NCBI RefSeq assembly: GCF_009914755.1 | Contig: NC_060932.1 | Source of the DNA: the human T2T-CHM13v2.0 reference genome, Homo sapiens | DNA: 64,000 nt | Direction: 5' to 3' (one strand) | The notes under the pieces: model-generated | Databases searched by the model: none | Told to the model about the DNA's origin: nothing | Seen by the model: the letters and a program-made list of their open reading frames with translations, nothing else | Shown here: positions 10,727 to 23,446 of the stretch, piece after piece | Numbering within the stretch: position 1 is the stretch's first letter | Layout: each line of letters starts with the position of its first letter | Made by a program: the position numbers and the translations under genes

Positions 10727-12728
10727 CCCCTCACCGACAAGGGCTCCCTCCCCCAGCGCTTCCCACCTCAGGGGCTTCACCTCTGGCCTCATCACACTCT
10801 GTCCATGCTCCTAGCCAGACAGTTGCACCTGCAGGCAGAGACCTGTCCTGTCCATGGAGGTGTCCACAGAGGTGTCCCCGGGCCCAGGCCAGGGCCCGCA
10901 CGGACACCATGAATGCGTATTGATCGAGTGAACAAATCTGTGATGTGCACGGCTGTTTCCAACTCCCAGGCACTGCACTGCTCTGGCAGAGTGACTGCCA
11001 GACCAGGATCCAGCTGTGTTCGGAGGCACCCCCCACTTCCTAGCTGCCTGGGGATGAGGGTGGGGGCGCCCCAAGGATGGTGGTGCTCAGCGTGCCCCTC
11101 AACACAACGCAGTGTCCTGGTGTCAGTGGACAGGGTCTAATGCGAGGTGGCAGCAATGGTGGTCAGGGAGCAGCCTTGCAGTGCCTGATGCCCCCATCTT
11201 CTGGCCAGAACTGCCCCTCCCATCCCCACATGTGTCCCCCAAGATTGGGAACTGGGTCTCATCCATTGCCCTTGTCCACCACCACCCCTCAGCCTCCCCA
11301 CACACACTCTGTCCAAGCCAGGGCAGCAGGGCCCAGCCTCGAACCTGAGAACCCCCAGGAGAGCTGTCCCCCGTGACCTACCAGGGAGTCCTCCCTGCCC
11401 TCACACCTGGAGGGCAGACTGAGCCGAGAGAGGGGAAGGGCAGGCCAAGGGGGCAGCAGCCTGGGAGGGAAGTCCCTGCCCCACCCAGTACACACCTGTG
11501 AGAGGCCAGCTGGCAGTGGCAGCCCCATGTGGGCACCTTTGCTGAGGCTGCCAGCTCAGCCCCACCCAGCTGGGCCTGGACACGCCCTTCAGCATCTAGT
11601 GCAGGCCACATTCCCCTGAGCTCTGGAGGCTTGAAGGTCAATGGGCCAACCCTCCGCCTGCACCCCAGGCTGGCTTTGTGGTGCCATGGAATTCGGGGTG
11701 AGGCCTGGCTGGGGATATAGGGATGGATGGCCCTCGGGCCCTGTGCAAATTCAGCCCAGCCTCTGCCTGCCTCAGCAGATGGCATGTGGCATCTGCCGGC
11801 TGAGTGGCCCTGTGATGGGGCAGATCTGAGGGGGAAAGGTTCCCATGGCATCCTCTAGGCCCAAGCCATGAGCCTTCCCCACTCCCTGCCGCCCCTCAGC
11901 CCCAGCTCCTCCAGACCCCTAGCTGGGTCTCTTCACCCCCAGGGCCCGGCGTAGAAGAAGCTCCCACCTCTGCCATGGTGCCCCCGCCCCTCCTCTGAGG
12001 GCTGAGCCTCAGCCATATGGCACTGGAATGAATGCTGCTGGGGAGATCTTTGGATTGGAACAGATGGGTGGACGCTGGTGCAGTGCAGAGAGGCAGGGGC
12101 TGGGGGTGTGGGGCTGGGAAGGATGAGGCCTGGGCTCTCCCTGATCAGCTGAGTAGCACAGGTATAATCACTGGGACTTGAGGAGCTGCCTGGGCTCTGG
12201 CGTCCTCTGGCCACACGCTCGGGGGCCCAAGAGGGGTCTCCAGGAAGATGCTACTGCAGGGTTATGGAAATTGGCTCTCAGGGAGATGAGGCTGGAGGGT
12301 GTCGGCCTCCCGGCCTGGCACAGCAGCATAGCACCCCCTGTCCCACCCCACCCCTCCCCGCACTGGTCAGCAGCCTGGGCACGGGGCACAGGGCTCTGCC
12401 TCACTCCATCCTCTCCCTCCTGCCTGAGAGGAGCAAAGCCTGGGGTGGGGGACGAGCAGAGGCACAGACTCAGGCCGGCCCAAAGTCCTTGGCAAGGATC
12501 AACCCCTCTGAGCTGTCCTCATATCTGTAAAATGGGCAGATACTTGGCACCGACCCTGCCTGGTTGTTTATCCTCCTCTCAGTCGACAAATCTGCCTCGG
12601 ACATCCCTGGGCCCCACACTGGGCTGGACACCAGACAGCAGGGGAACCGGGGTTTCAGCCCCCATCAGAGGGGAGATGAAACAGGGAGAGGAGACGGTAG
12701 GTGAACAGTCGTGGAGAAACTGCCTAAG

Positions 12729-13050
12729 GACCGGGCGCGGTGGCTCACACCTGTAATCCCAGCACTTTGGGAGGCCGAGGCAGGCAGATCACGAGGTCAG
12801 GAGATCAAGACTATCCTGGCTAACACAGTGAAACCTTGACTCTACTAAAAATACAAAAAATTAGCAAGGCATGGTGGCACATGCCTGTAATCCCAGCTAC
12901 TCAGGAGGCTGAGGCAAGAGAATCACTTGAACCCTGGGAGGTGGAGGTTGCAGTGAGCCGAGATAGGGCCACTGCACTCCAACCTGGGCAACAGAGCAAG
13001 ACTCTGTCTCAAAAATAAAATAATAAAATAAAATAAAATAATAAAATAAA
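12729..13050 (+). mobile_element. Alu (AluSc8/Sc-like), full length
   Basis: Left arm gatcacgaggtcaggagatcaagactatcctggctaacac, S-type right arm and (AAAAT)n tail. A degenerate TSD is visible: agaaactgcctaa (12715-12727) and agcaacggcgtaa (13164-13176). Confidence 0.95.
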
Positions 13051-13071
13051 AAGAAGAAAGAAAGAAAGAAA

Positions 13072-13135
<64 letters not shown>

Positions 13136-13163
13136 AAAAAGGGAAAGAAAGAAAAAGCAAGCA
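13011..13163. repeat. Compound (TAAAA)n-(GAAA)n STR derived from the Alu tail
   Basis: Pentamer run followed by a long aaag array. Confidence 0.95.
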
Positions 13164-13464
13164 AGCAACGGCGTAAAGAATGGCTGACCCCACAAGAGGC
13201 TTGGGCCCCTCTGCTGCTGTCCATGGTGCTGAGATCTTGAATGCTGGCCAGAGGCGAGAGCCAGCAGGCAGGCAGGGGCAGGTGGTCATGGGCAGGGGTG
13301 AGCCCTTGAACTGGGTTTATCACCTAAAAGGTGACTCTGACCTACTCACTTCAGCTACGTCAGCATCAACTTTTTGCTCCAGGGAAACACAGTGTGCATG
13401 CACCATGCTTTCTGGCCTCATCAATGAAGGGTCAGGGCTAGTCCATAGCCAGGTTTAGGTTCAG

Positions 13465-14264
13465 CCTGTGACCAAGGTCAGGGCTCAAAATGTAACTAGA
13501 ATTAGGGTCAGTGTGTGACCAGGATCAGAGCTTAGTTTGTGACCAGGATCAGCGTTCAGGGTGTGGCCAGGATCAGCGTTCAGGGTGTGAGCAGGATCAG
13601 GGCTCAGTGTGTGACCAGAATCAGGGTTCAGAGTGTGAACAGGATCAGGGTTCAGAGTGTGGCCAGGGTCAGGGCTCAGTGTGACCAGGGTCAGGGCTCA
13701 GTGTGTGGCCAGGATCAGGGCTCAGAGTGACCAGGCTCAGGCTCAGGGTGTGAGCAGAATCAGGGTTCAGTGTGTGAGCAGGATCAGGGTTCAGTGTGTG
13801 AGCAGGATCAGGGCTCACTCAGTGTGTGACCAGAATCAGGGCCCAGTATGTGACCAGGATCAGGGCTCAGAGTATGAGCAGGATCAGGGCTCAGTGTGTG
13901 ACCAGGATCAGGGCTCCGTGTGACCAGGATCAGGCTCAGTGTGTGAGCAGGATCAGGGCTCACTCAGTGTGTGACCAGGATCACAGCTTAGTGTGTGACC
14001 AGATCAGGGCTCAGGGTGTGAGCAGGATCAGGGCTCAGTGTGTGACCAGGATCAGAGTTCAGAGTGTGGCCAGGGTCAGGCCTCAGTGTGACCAGGATCA
14101 GGACTCAGAGTGTGACCAGAGTCAGGGCTTAACGTGTGACCAAGATCTGGGTTCAGTGTGACCGGGATCAGGCTCAGGGTGTGAGCAGGATCAGGGTTCA
14201 GTGTGTGGCCAGGGTCAGGGCTCAGTGTGTGACCAGGGTCAGGGCTCAGCCTGTGACCAGGTCA
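13465..14264. repeat. Minisatellite, ~22-26 bp unit (gtgtgtgaccaggatcagggctca)
   Basis: About 30 variant copies over ~800 bp. Confidence 0.95.
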
Positions 14265-16739
14265 TATCCAGTGTCCACCCTGGAGAGCTGCCTGTTGAGG
14301 CACCACGAGGGCCAGACCACTTCGTGGGCTCCCTGGAGCTTCACTGTGTGGGTTTCTAGGCCTTCTTGGAGCACAGACCACTCAGAGCCTGGTCTGGTTG
14401 GGAACAGTGCCCATCCCTCAGCTCACTGCCAATGTCCCTCAGACATGTCCCCCTCTCATCCCACTCACCACTCTGCCAAATAGCATGGGCCACCCCTCGA
14501 TGAAGAGCCTCAGCTGCCAGGGAGCTGTGAGCCCAGCCCAAGCAGGCATCTGCCCCTGTTGACTGCCTGATGCCAGACCCACAGGCCGACACCCGACACA
14601 CTCAGGGTCCAAATGCCTGGCTGCCAGCCCCCTGTGAGAAGCTGGGCATGTGTGGCCCTGAGCCCTCCCCGCCCCACCCTGGGTGGCCCTGGAGCCTTGA
14701 GGCCCTTCTCTGCTTGGGCAACTGGAGCACCTAGCACATTCACATTCCACTGCTGACACTTTCCAAATAGCTTATTAGAAATTAATATTTAACTCTCTTC
14801 TGTGGATTTAACTTAATTATTCAATTTATTATTGCAATTACTGAAAAGCACCCGGAAGCAAAATTGCTTGCTTTGAGCAGAGGAGACAGTCAAGGAGGCA
14901 GGAGTCTTGCCAAGCCCATCTCAATTTCAGAACGAGCTTTGCAGCCTTCACCCCTGGGGATTCCTCCTTGTGTCCCACTGAAGTCTCTCTTGCTGCGGTT
15001 AGAAAACAAAACTTCTTTTCCCTGTCAGGGCTGGCTGAAGATGCTTTCTGTTCCCTGAGTGTCACCTCCTGGGTGGTGCTTCCCTGGGGTGGGGCCAGAA
15101 TCCCTGTTTCTGCTAAGAGGGGAACCCTGAAGGCAGCACCCCCATTTCTTCCTTCCATATCATGCTGGGGTCCACTGCCCAGACAGGCAGGAGGAAGGAG
15201 GGAGAGACGAGGAAGGAGAAGGAAAGCTTAGGGAGAGAAGGATGGCAGGAGATGACGAGGAGGGAGGGGAGGAGGAAGGGAGAGGAGTGGGGGCCTTGTT
15301 TTCACTACCACCCCCAGGCACAGCTTCTAATCCGGCCCTGCAGGTCGGGTCCCGGTATCTGCAGCCTTGCCCTCAGGGAGAGGCTGTCACCCTTTACAGA
15401 TTCTGGTACCAAAGCTCCAGGAAATGTGGTGATCTGTCCCTGGGCACCCAGGTGGACCCGGCCAGGTGGGGACTCAAACCCAGGGCCATGGGCCACAGGG
15501 ATGAGGTCTCCTGACCGACACGTGGCCCTGCTACTGGAAAGGTCGCAGCTGCCCACAGTTAAGCCCCAGGGCCCCCTCCCCTCACCTGCCTTCCTGCCTG
15601 TCCATTTCCTGGGGGAAGAGCAGAGGTCCTGGGGGAATGGGGAGGCAGGACTGGATGCCCGGGATGACCCTGAGCCCTGCCTATGAGGATGGCTCTGCCC
15701 TTCCCCCCTGCCCCTCCAGGCCTCAGCCGTCCTTCTGGCTCCCGGCCTCCCAGCCTCCTTCACCCCGAAGGCCCGCTGCCCAGGACAACCCATGGGCTGC
15801 TGTGTGTTTGCTCCAGCCCACTGTGGATGGGTGCCAGCCCAGAGCTGAGAGTCACATGCCAGCTGGGAACAGCAGGAGGTGAGGAAGAGACGGAGGGGAA
15901 AGGTGGGGTCAGGGGTCCACTGGGGCCAGCCACTCTGCCCCAGTGTCCTGCTGGCCCGAGGGCCATGTGGGAGCCCCAGAAAGAAACCGCCGCTGTGTCC
16001 CGCCTTGGGTCTCAGGTCCGCAAAGCAGAGTGCCTGCAGGGTAACAGTAACGCAGCCCGCAAGAGTAGTAGAGACGGGCAGTGAGCTCCACGGCCATGAC
16101 TGAATGAGGCTAGACACCGGGTGGGCTGCAGGCCTTCATCCCTAATGCTCAGTGGCCCTGCAAGGTAGCACGCATGTCCCATTTCACAGATGAGGAAACT
16201 GAGGCTCAGAGAGGGGAAGCCCCATGCAGAGGCCCCACGGTGAGGAGGCCTCTGCTGCACAGCACCCTCTGCTGCCCAGCTCTGCCTCCAGCCCACTTGC
16301 CAGATTCTGCCCTCAGCGGTGGTCCTCAGGGCAAACTCCATCTGCCTGGAGCTCAGGGAGGCTGGGTCTGGGTCCCAGGGGAGAGATCTTGATGGAGAAG
16401 CCTCTAGAGAGCCACAGGAGACCTCGGGGAGCCTCTCACACCCCGAGGGCAGGGTCAGGCCCGGGTGGCCTCCAGGTTAGGCCAGGGAGGGAGGGCCCCC
16501 AGATTCCGACCTGGAACCAGGGAACCAGGCCCTCTCGGGCTTCTGATCCGCTCAGCACAGAGGGGCATCTACATTATCTCCCAGGCTTCTGAGTGAAAGG
16601 CGCCACTATGGTCACGCCCCAAAGGCAGCAGGCACTGAACTGTCCTGGGCCACCAAAAGGCAAACAGACCCTCGCACAGCGCCCCAGCCGGCAGGCAGTG
16701 CAGCCCACCAGGCCTCAGGGTCACCAGACCCAAGCTAAA

Positions 16740-17180
16740 AACCTGGCCTGGCACCCGCTAGCTGTGCAACCTCGGGCTGAATACTGTACCTCCAGGCCAG
16801 CAGTTTCCCTGGCAGTACCACAGAAGATTCTGTGAAATGAAGGACTGAGGACAGAATCCGTGTAAAGTACTCACTCCCTGCTGGCATACAGCAAGCACTC
16901 AATAAATGGCAGCTATGAGTGTGGTGCATTGTCACATCCCGTAAATGCCTGGTGTGTGAACGCTGCACTCCTGTGCCTCAGCCCCAGATGGAGTGGTCAG
17001 TGAGAGAGAGATCCTGCCTCACTCCACCGTGCCTGGCTTCTGAGCAAATCCTCTCATCTCTGCACCTCGGTTTTCTCATCTGAGAAATGGGGACCTCACA
17101 GCACCTTCTTTGTGGCGCTGTGGCGAGGAGTCAGTGAGAGAATGCCCATTAAAGCACCTACTAAGTGCTTGGCAGACAGA
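16740..17180 (+). mobile_element. MIR fragments (two pieces, ~16740-16915 and ~17000-17180)
   Basis: ctctgcacctcggttttctcatctgagaaatgggg...aaagcacctactaagtgcttggcagacag and gtaaagtactc...ctggcatacagcaagcactcaataaatgg resemble the MIR core and tail. Confidence 0.6.
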
Positions 17181-17548
17181 AGATAACATGGAGGAACCGC
17201 AGTTGTCCCCACCCTTCTGGGATAGCCAGCGCAAGTCTGCCACATGCAAGTATGTGCACACACACGCAGGCACATAACACAAAGGCCATGCCAGGAAGCA
17301 CGCAAAGGTCCCGCCACACACTTCCCAAATGGAAATCAATGGCTTTGAGGCTGATATCTCACAGCTTTCAGAAAACATTAAAACCCTGACCTGCTATGCT
17401 CCTCCACTTAGCCCCTTAAATGTTTTGTGCTTATGAAAAATACTTGATTGATCGTTGCCTGGACACTGTAATTTTCTATTTACTGAGGCCCAGCCTTGTG
17501 GCTCCAGGAGCCAGGAGCCCTCAGACAGGGATTTGCTCCCTGGGGCCC

Positions 17549-20200
17549 TCACTCACTCATTCACAAACTCATTGACTCATTCATTCATCCACTCACTCAC
17601 TCACTCATCCACTCATCCACTCACTCATCCACTCACTCATCCACTCATCCACTCACTCACTCATTCACTCACTCATTCACTCACTCACTCACTCATTCAC
17701 TCACTCACTCATTCACTCACTCTTCCACTCATTCACTCACTCATCCACTCACTCATTCACTCACTCACTCATCCACTCATTCACTCACTCATCCACTCAC
17801 TCATTCACTCACTCATCCACTCATTCACTCACTCACTCATCCACTCACTCATCCACTCATCCACTCACTCACTCACTCATCCACTCACTCATCCACTCAT
17901 CCACTCACTCACTCACTGATTCACTCACTCACTCACTCCTTCACTCACTCATCCACTCCTTCACTCACTCATCCACTCATTCACTCACTCATCCACTCAT
18001 TCACTCACTCACTCATCCACTCATCCACTCACTCACTCATCCACTCACTCATTCACTCACTCACTCATCCGCTCACTCATTCACTCACTCACTCATCCGC
18101 TCATTCACTCACTCATCCACTCATTCACTCACTCATCCACTCATTCACTCATTCATCCACTCATTCACTCACTCACTCATCCACTCATCCACTCACTCAC
18201 TCATCCACTCACTCATTCACTCACTCACTCATTCACTCACTCACTCATCCACTAATTCACTCACTCACTCACTCATCCACTAATTCACTCACTCACTCAT
18301 CCACTCACTCACTCACTCATCCACTAATTCACTCACTCACTCACTCATCCACTCACTCATTCACTCACTCACTCATTCACTCAGTCACTCATCCACTAAT
18401 TCACTCACTCACTCACTCATCCACTCACTCATTCACTCACTCACTCATTCACTCACTCACTCATCCACTAATTCACTCACTCACTCACTCATCCACTCAT
18501 CCACTCACTCACTCACTCATCCACTCACTCACTCACTCATCCACTCACTCACTCATCCACTCACTCACTCATCCACTCACTCACTCATTCACTCATTCAC
18601 TCACTCAGCCACTCATTCACTCACTCATTCATCCACTGACTCATCCACTCACTCATTCATCCACTCACTCATCCACTCACTCATTCACTTACTCATCCAC
18701 TCATTCACTCACTCACTCATCCACTCATCCACTCACTCATCCACTCACTCACTCACTCATCCACTCACTCACTCATCCACTCACTCACTCATTCACTCAT
18801 CCACTCACTCACTCACTCATCCACTCACTCACTCATTCACTCACTCACTCATTCACTCACTCATTCATCCACTCACTCATCCACTCACTCATTCACTTAC
18901 TCATCCACTCACTCATTCACTTACTCATCCACTCACTCATTCACTCATTCACTCATCCACTCATTCACTCACTCATCCACTCACTCACTCATTCACTCAC
19001 TCACTCATTCACTCACTCTCTCATTCACTCATTTACTCACTCACTCAGCCACTCACTCATTCACTCACTCATTCACTCATTCACTCACTCACTCATTCAC
19101 TCACTCATTCACTCATTCACTCACTCACTCATACTCATTCACTCATTCATCCACTCATTCACTCACTCACTCATTCACTCATCCACTCACTCACTCATCC
19201 ACTCACTCACTCACTCATCCACTCACTCACTCATTCACTCACTCACTCATTCACTCACTCATTCATCCACTCACTCATCCACTCACTCATTCACTTACTC
19301 ATCCACTCACTCATTCACTTACTCATCCACTCACTCATTCACTCATTCACTCATCCACTCATTCACTCACTCATCCACTCACTCACTCATTCACTCACTC
19401 ACTCATTCACTCACTCTCTCATTCACTCATTTACTCACTCACTCAGCCACTCACTCATTCACTCACTCATTCACTCATTCACTCACTCACTCATTCACTC
19501 ACTCATTCACTCATTCACTCACTCACTCATACTCATTCACTCATTCATCCACTCATTCACTCACTCGTTCATTCACTCATTCACTCACTCATTCACTCAT
19601 CCACTCACTCATTCACTCACTCAAGTATTCACTCATTCACTCGTTCATTCACTCACTCATACTCATTCACTCATTCATCCACTCACTCATTCATCCACTC
19701 ACTCACTCATTCACTCACTCACTCATACTCATTCACTCATTCATCCACTCACTCATTCATCCACTCACTCACTCATTCACTCACTCACTCATTCACTCAG
19801 TCACTCACTCATACTCACTCAACCACTCACTTATTCACTCACTCATTCACTCATTCACTCACTCGTTCACTCATTCACTCATTCACTCACTCACTCATCC
19901 ACTCATTCACTCACTCAAGTATTCACTCATTCACTCGTTCACTCACTCACTCATACTCATTCACTCACTCACTCATTCACTCATTCGCTCATTCACTCAC
20001 TCATTCACTAACTCATCCACTCACTCATTCACTCACTCACTCATTTATCCACTCACTCACTCACTCATTCACTCATTCACTCACTCATTCACTCACTCAT
20101 TCACTCACTCACTCAGTCACTCACTCATTCCCTCACTCACTCACTCATTCACTCATTCTCTCACTCATTCACTCTCACTCACTCATTCACTCACTCATTC
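17549..20200. repeat. 2.65-kb (TCAC/TCAT/TCCAC)n array with higher-order structure
   Basis: Continuous cactcactcattcactcatc variants. The 946-aa ORF at 17496-20336 is its translation artefact. Confidence 0.98.
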
Positions 20201-20857
20201 CATCCTTTCCTGCAGAGAGATCACATCCCCAGGAGTTCACAGACAAGTCAACAGCTACCAAAGACCAATGTGGAAGGTGCTTCTGCAGGTGCAGGGGCTT
20301 GGGTCCTGGGATCCAGAGTGGGGAGATCATGGATAAGGAGAGAGGAGGTGCCCAAAACCCAGATCCCAAGGGCTCACCTCGCTTCTATAAGGTCCCACCA
20401 GCTCATTTCTGCAACAGCCACATCTGAGAAACCTGGACAATGCCACGTCCTGGCCACCCAGGGCACCAGCCCTGTCTTGTAGCCTGGCTGCCAAGGGAGC
20501 CCAGGCAGGGCTTTCTGAAGAGACTGCTCGGGGCCATTTCATCCTCTGAGAGCTATCGGTGCAGTCCTGGGGGATGCACCACCACCAAAGCATCCTCCTC
20601 ATCCTGGTGTGCAGGGTCTCTGTCCCCATTACGCTGAGCCCGGCCCAGATCCTTCATCTACAGCAAGAAGCCTCCTCATCAAGCAATGGGGCCTGGAGAG
20701 GCTTCTGGAAACACTGGCACAGGCCTGGGCGGGGTGGCTGGTGGGGAAAGCGGAGGCTCCAATACAGAGACCAGAGCTGGGACCCGGAATGGCTCCATCG
20801 AGTGCGGCAGGCGGGCTTTGCCCTAATGCCTGTCATGACTGAGGATGCCCCAAGCCT

Positions 20858-20976
20858 GACTATGGACCCTGGCCACACACTGACCTCTGACCCTGATCAC
20901 ATATGGAGCCCTGACCCTCACCATATGCTGACCTCTGACCCTAGCCACATGCTGACTTCTGACCCTCACCACAGGC
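20858..20976. repeat. 24-bp minisatellite (~4.5 copies)
   Basis: tgacctctgaccc-type cores at 20881, 20929 and 20953, with a degenerate copy at ~20905. Confidence 0.85.
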
Positions 20977-22300
20977 TGGGCCCTGCCCCTGATGCCAGAC
21001 AAGCCTTCACATTAGTTGTGAATTGAGTCCTGGGACCTGCAGATGAGTGAGGCTGGCTGGGTGCGGTCCCTCCTCACCGTGGAGACTCACAGCACTTGCC
21101 AGGGCCTACTTGGTGCAGCCACTGCTCCCTTGTCAAAGGAGGTCCCTGTCTTGATTGCTTCCAGGCTCCTGTGAGGGCCAGGCAGGAGGTGGACTTCCAA
21201 GATCCTGGCAGAGCTGAGCCCAAGCTGGGTTGTGGCTGTCAGAGCCAGGGAGGGGTGCTCTGGGGGCTGGGCCTCTTGGAGCTCCCAGGCTGGCATGTCC
21301 TCACCCGCCACTCTGAATGGGATGTGTCCAGACCAGGTGCCTGTGGTTTCATTCACCACAGTCTTGGTGGGTCTGGGCAGAGCAGTCAGGATGCTGATGA
21401 GGCTGAGCCCGCGGGGAGTGGGGCAGAGGGCGGGGCTGGGTAGCCCTGATTGATCCCTAGCAGAGGAGTGAAGGCGGGGCCAGCAAATCCCTTCCCCACC
21501 TGAGCCTGCAGGCTGGGAGCTGCTCCCACTCCAGCAACAGAGCCAAGGGAGGCGTGGCTGCAGGCCTGTTCGCCTCCCTTCAGCCTACATCCAAACTGCC
21601 AGGAGTTCCCCTGCTTGGCCCCAAGGCCCACTGTGCCCCTCCAACCTCTCCCTGCTGTCAGCCCCCGATGGTTGCCCTGCCTCCCCCCTCCCCCCAGACC
21701 CTCCTCACCCATGCAGATGTGGACACGGCTTGCCCTCACTCCCACCCTCCACGGCTTCGCCTGCCCTTGGAATACTCCACACTCTGAATCTCCAGCGAGA
21801 CCCCAGGGCTCTCCTGGTCTGGCTTCTGCTGCTGCCTAACCACCTTCTCTGCTCCTTGGCCCTGGCCCTGCTGGGACCTCTCCACTCACACAGCATCAGG
21901 GCTGCAGTGCTCCCTGCCCCTGGCTCAGCCACCTCCCCTGCCTCTCCTAACCCTCCCCTCCCTCCCCTAACCCTCCCCTGCCAGGTGCTCACATGCGGGC
22001 TGTACCTTAACTGTCCATTTCCATCTATCTCTCCTGCTGGGAGGTCGGGCACTCCTGGGCCCTCTGCAGTCCCGCTGCTGGCTCCTCCCCTCTGCCTTCT
22101 GACCACAGGGCATGGGTGCAGCTAGGCCGCCACACCTCAGAGCAGCTCCATACCTCCTTGCAAGTGACTACAGGCAAACCATGTGCTGCCTAGGCCCATC
22201 TCCTCTGCAGTCTGGGACAGTGGTACCAGTGATGCCTGCCCCATGGCCCGTGATGAGGCCAACACAGGTAACGTGTGCAAACCACAACCTGTCACTCAGA

Positions 22301-22720
22301 TGTACTGGCTTCCTATGGCTGCTACAACCAAGTACCGTATGCGGGCGGTGCTCTAAACAACAGCCATGTGTTCTCTCATAGCCCGGGAGGTGAAGTCTGG
22401 GATGGAGGAGTTGGCAGGGCCGTGCATGCCAGGGTGGGTCCTTCCTTGCCCTGTCCAGCTTCTGGTGGTGCCAGGTGTTTCTAGGCTGGTGGCTGCATCA
22501 CCTCATTCCTGCTCCCTCTCCACTTGGCCTTCTCCTCTGGGTGCTTCTGTGTCCTCTCTTCCTCTCAGGACACCAGCTGTCTGATTTAGGGCCCACCATA
22601 ACCCGTTAAGACCTTATCTTAACTCATTACATCTGCAAAGACCCTGTTCCCAAATAAGGCCATGTTCACAGGTGCTGGGGTGGAGACCCTGATTTAGAGG
22701 GACTAAGTCAGCTCTGTACA
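22301..22720 (-). mobile_element. MLT1C/B-like MaLR LTR
   Basis: tgtactggcttcctatggctgct...ttagggcccacc...gaccttatcttaactcattacatctgcaaagaccctgttcccaaataagg is a typical reverse-strand MLT1B/C. Confidence 0.85.
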
Positions 22721-23446
22721 GGGGTCATCACCATCGCCACAGTAACTATTACTATTACCAGGGCTGGTTTCCGGCTGGCTTGGGTCTGCACCAGTGTGGG
22801 CGAGAGGGGTGGGCACTGCTCAGAGTGTGGCCGGGCACACGCATGGGCTTGCGCATACATGCAGCCTGCGTCACAGAGGCGACACTGGCAGCAGGCGGGG
22901 GTCCTCTCTGCAGCCCGGCTCCTGCAATCGAGCTACGATTGGCGCCTCCCGCCCACCTCTCAGCCCACGCTGTCCTGCTTGCGTCTGCCCCTATTGCTTG
23001 TTCTTCCGTGGATCCTCTCCCAGAGAACCTTTGCTACGAGGACTCAGAGCTGGGAGGGGGACCCTGGTGGCCCCCAGAGACAGGATTCTGTCCAGACTCC
23101 ACACTCAGAGCCCCCTCAGGCAACCCACTCTGCTCAGCCCCACTCCTCTGGCTAAAGAGCACTGGCTCTGGAGTCCTGGGGGGCTGGAGGAATGGGGTCA
23201 CTGCCCCAAGCCCAGGCTTAATAGAGGCAGAAGACTGGGCTCCCCAGGGCAGGACCTCCAGACAGAGCCTGGCAAGACCACAGCAGTTCCCGGCATAAGG
23301 AAGCAGCAGGGGTCAAGAAGGGCTCCCCATGGCAGGGCCCTTCCTAGGGCTCAAAGGCCCCTTCCCTTCCTGTGGGCCCTGCCCCACCTCACCTGCTCCC
23401 TGGGCAAGCTGCTGAGCCTCATCTGGAAAATGGACACAATAACAAG

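Noticed and set aside
17496-20336. 946-aa His/Ser/Thr/Leu ORF
   Set aside because: It is the translation of the TCAC array, which lacks stop codons by composition. It is antisense within an intron and has no gene structure.
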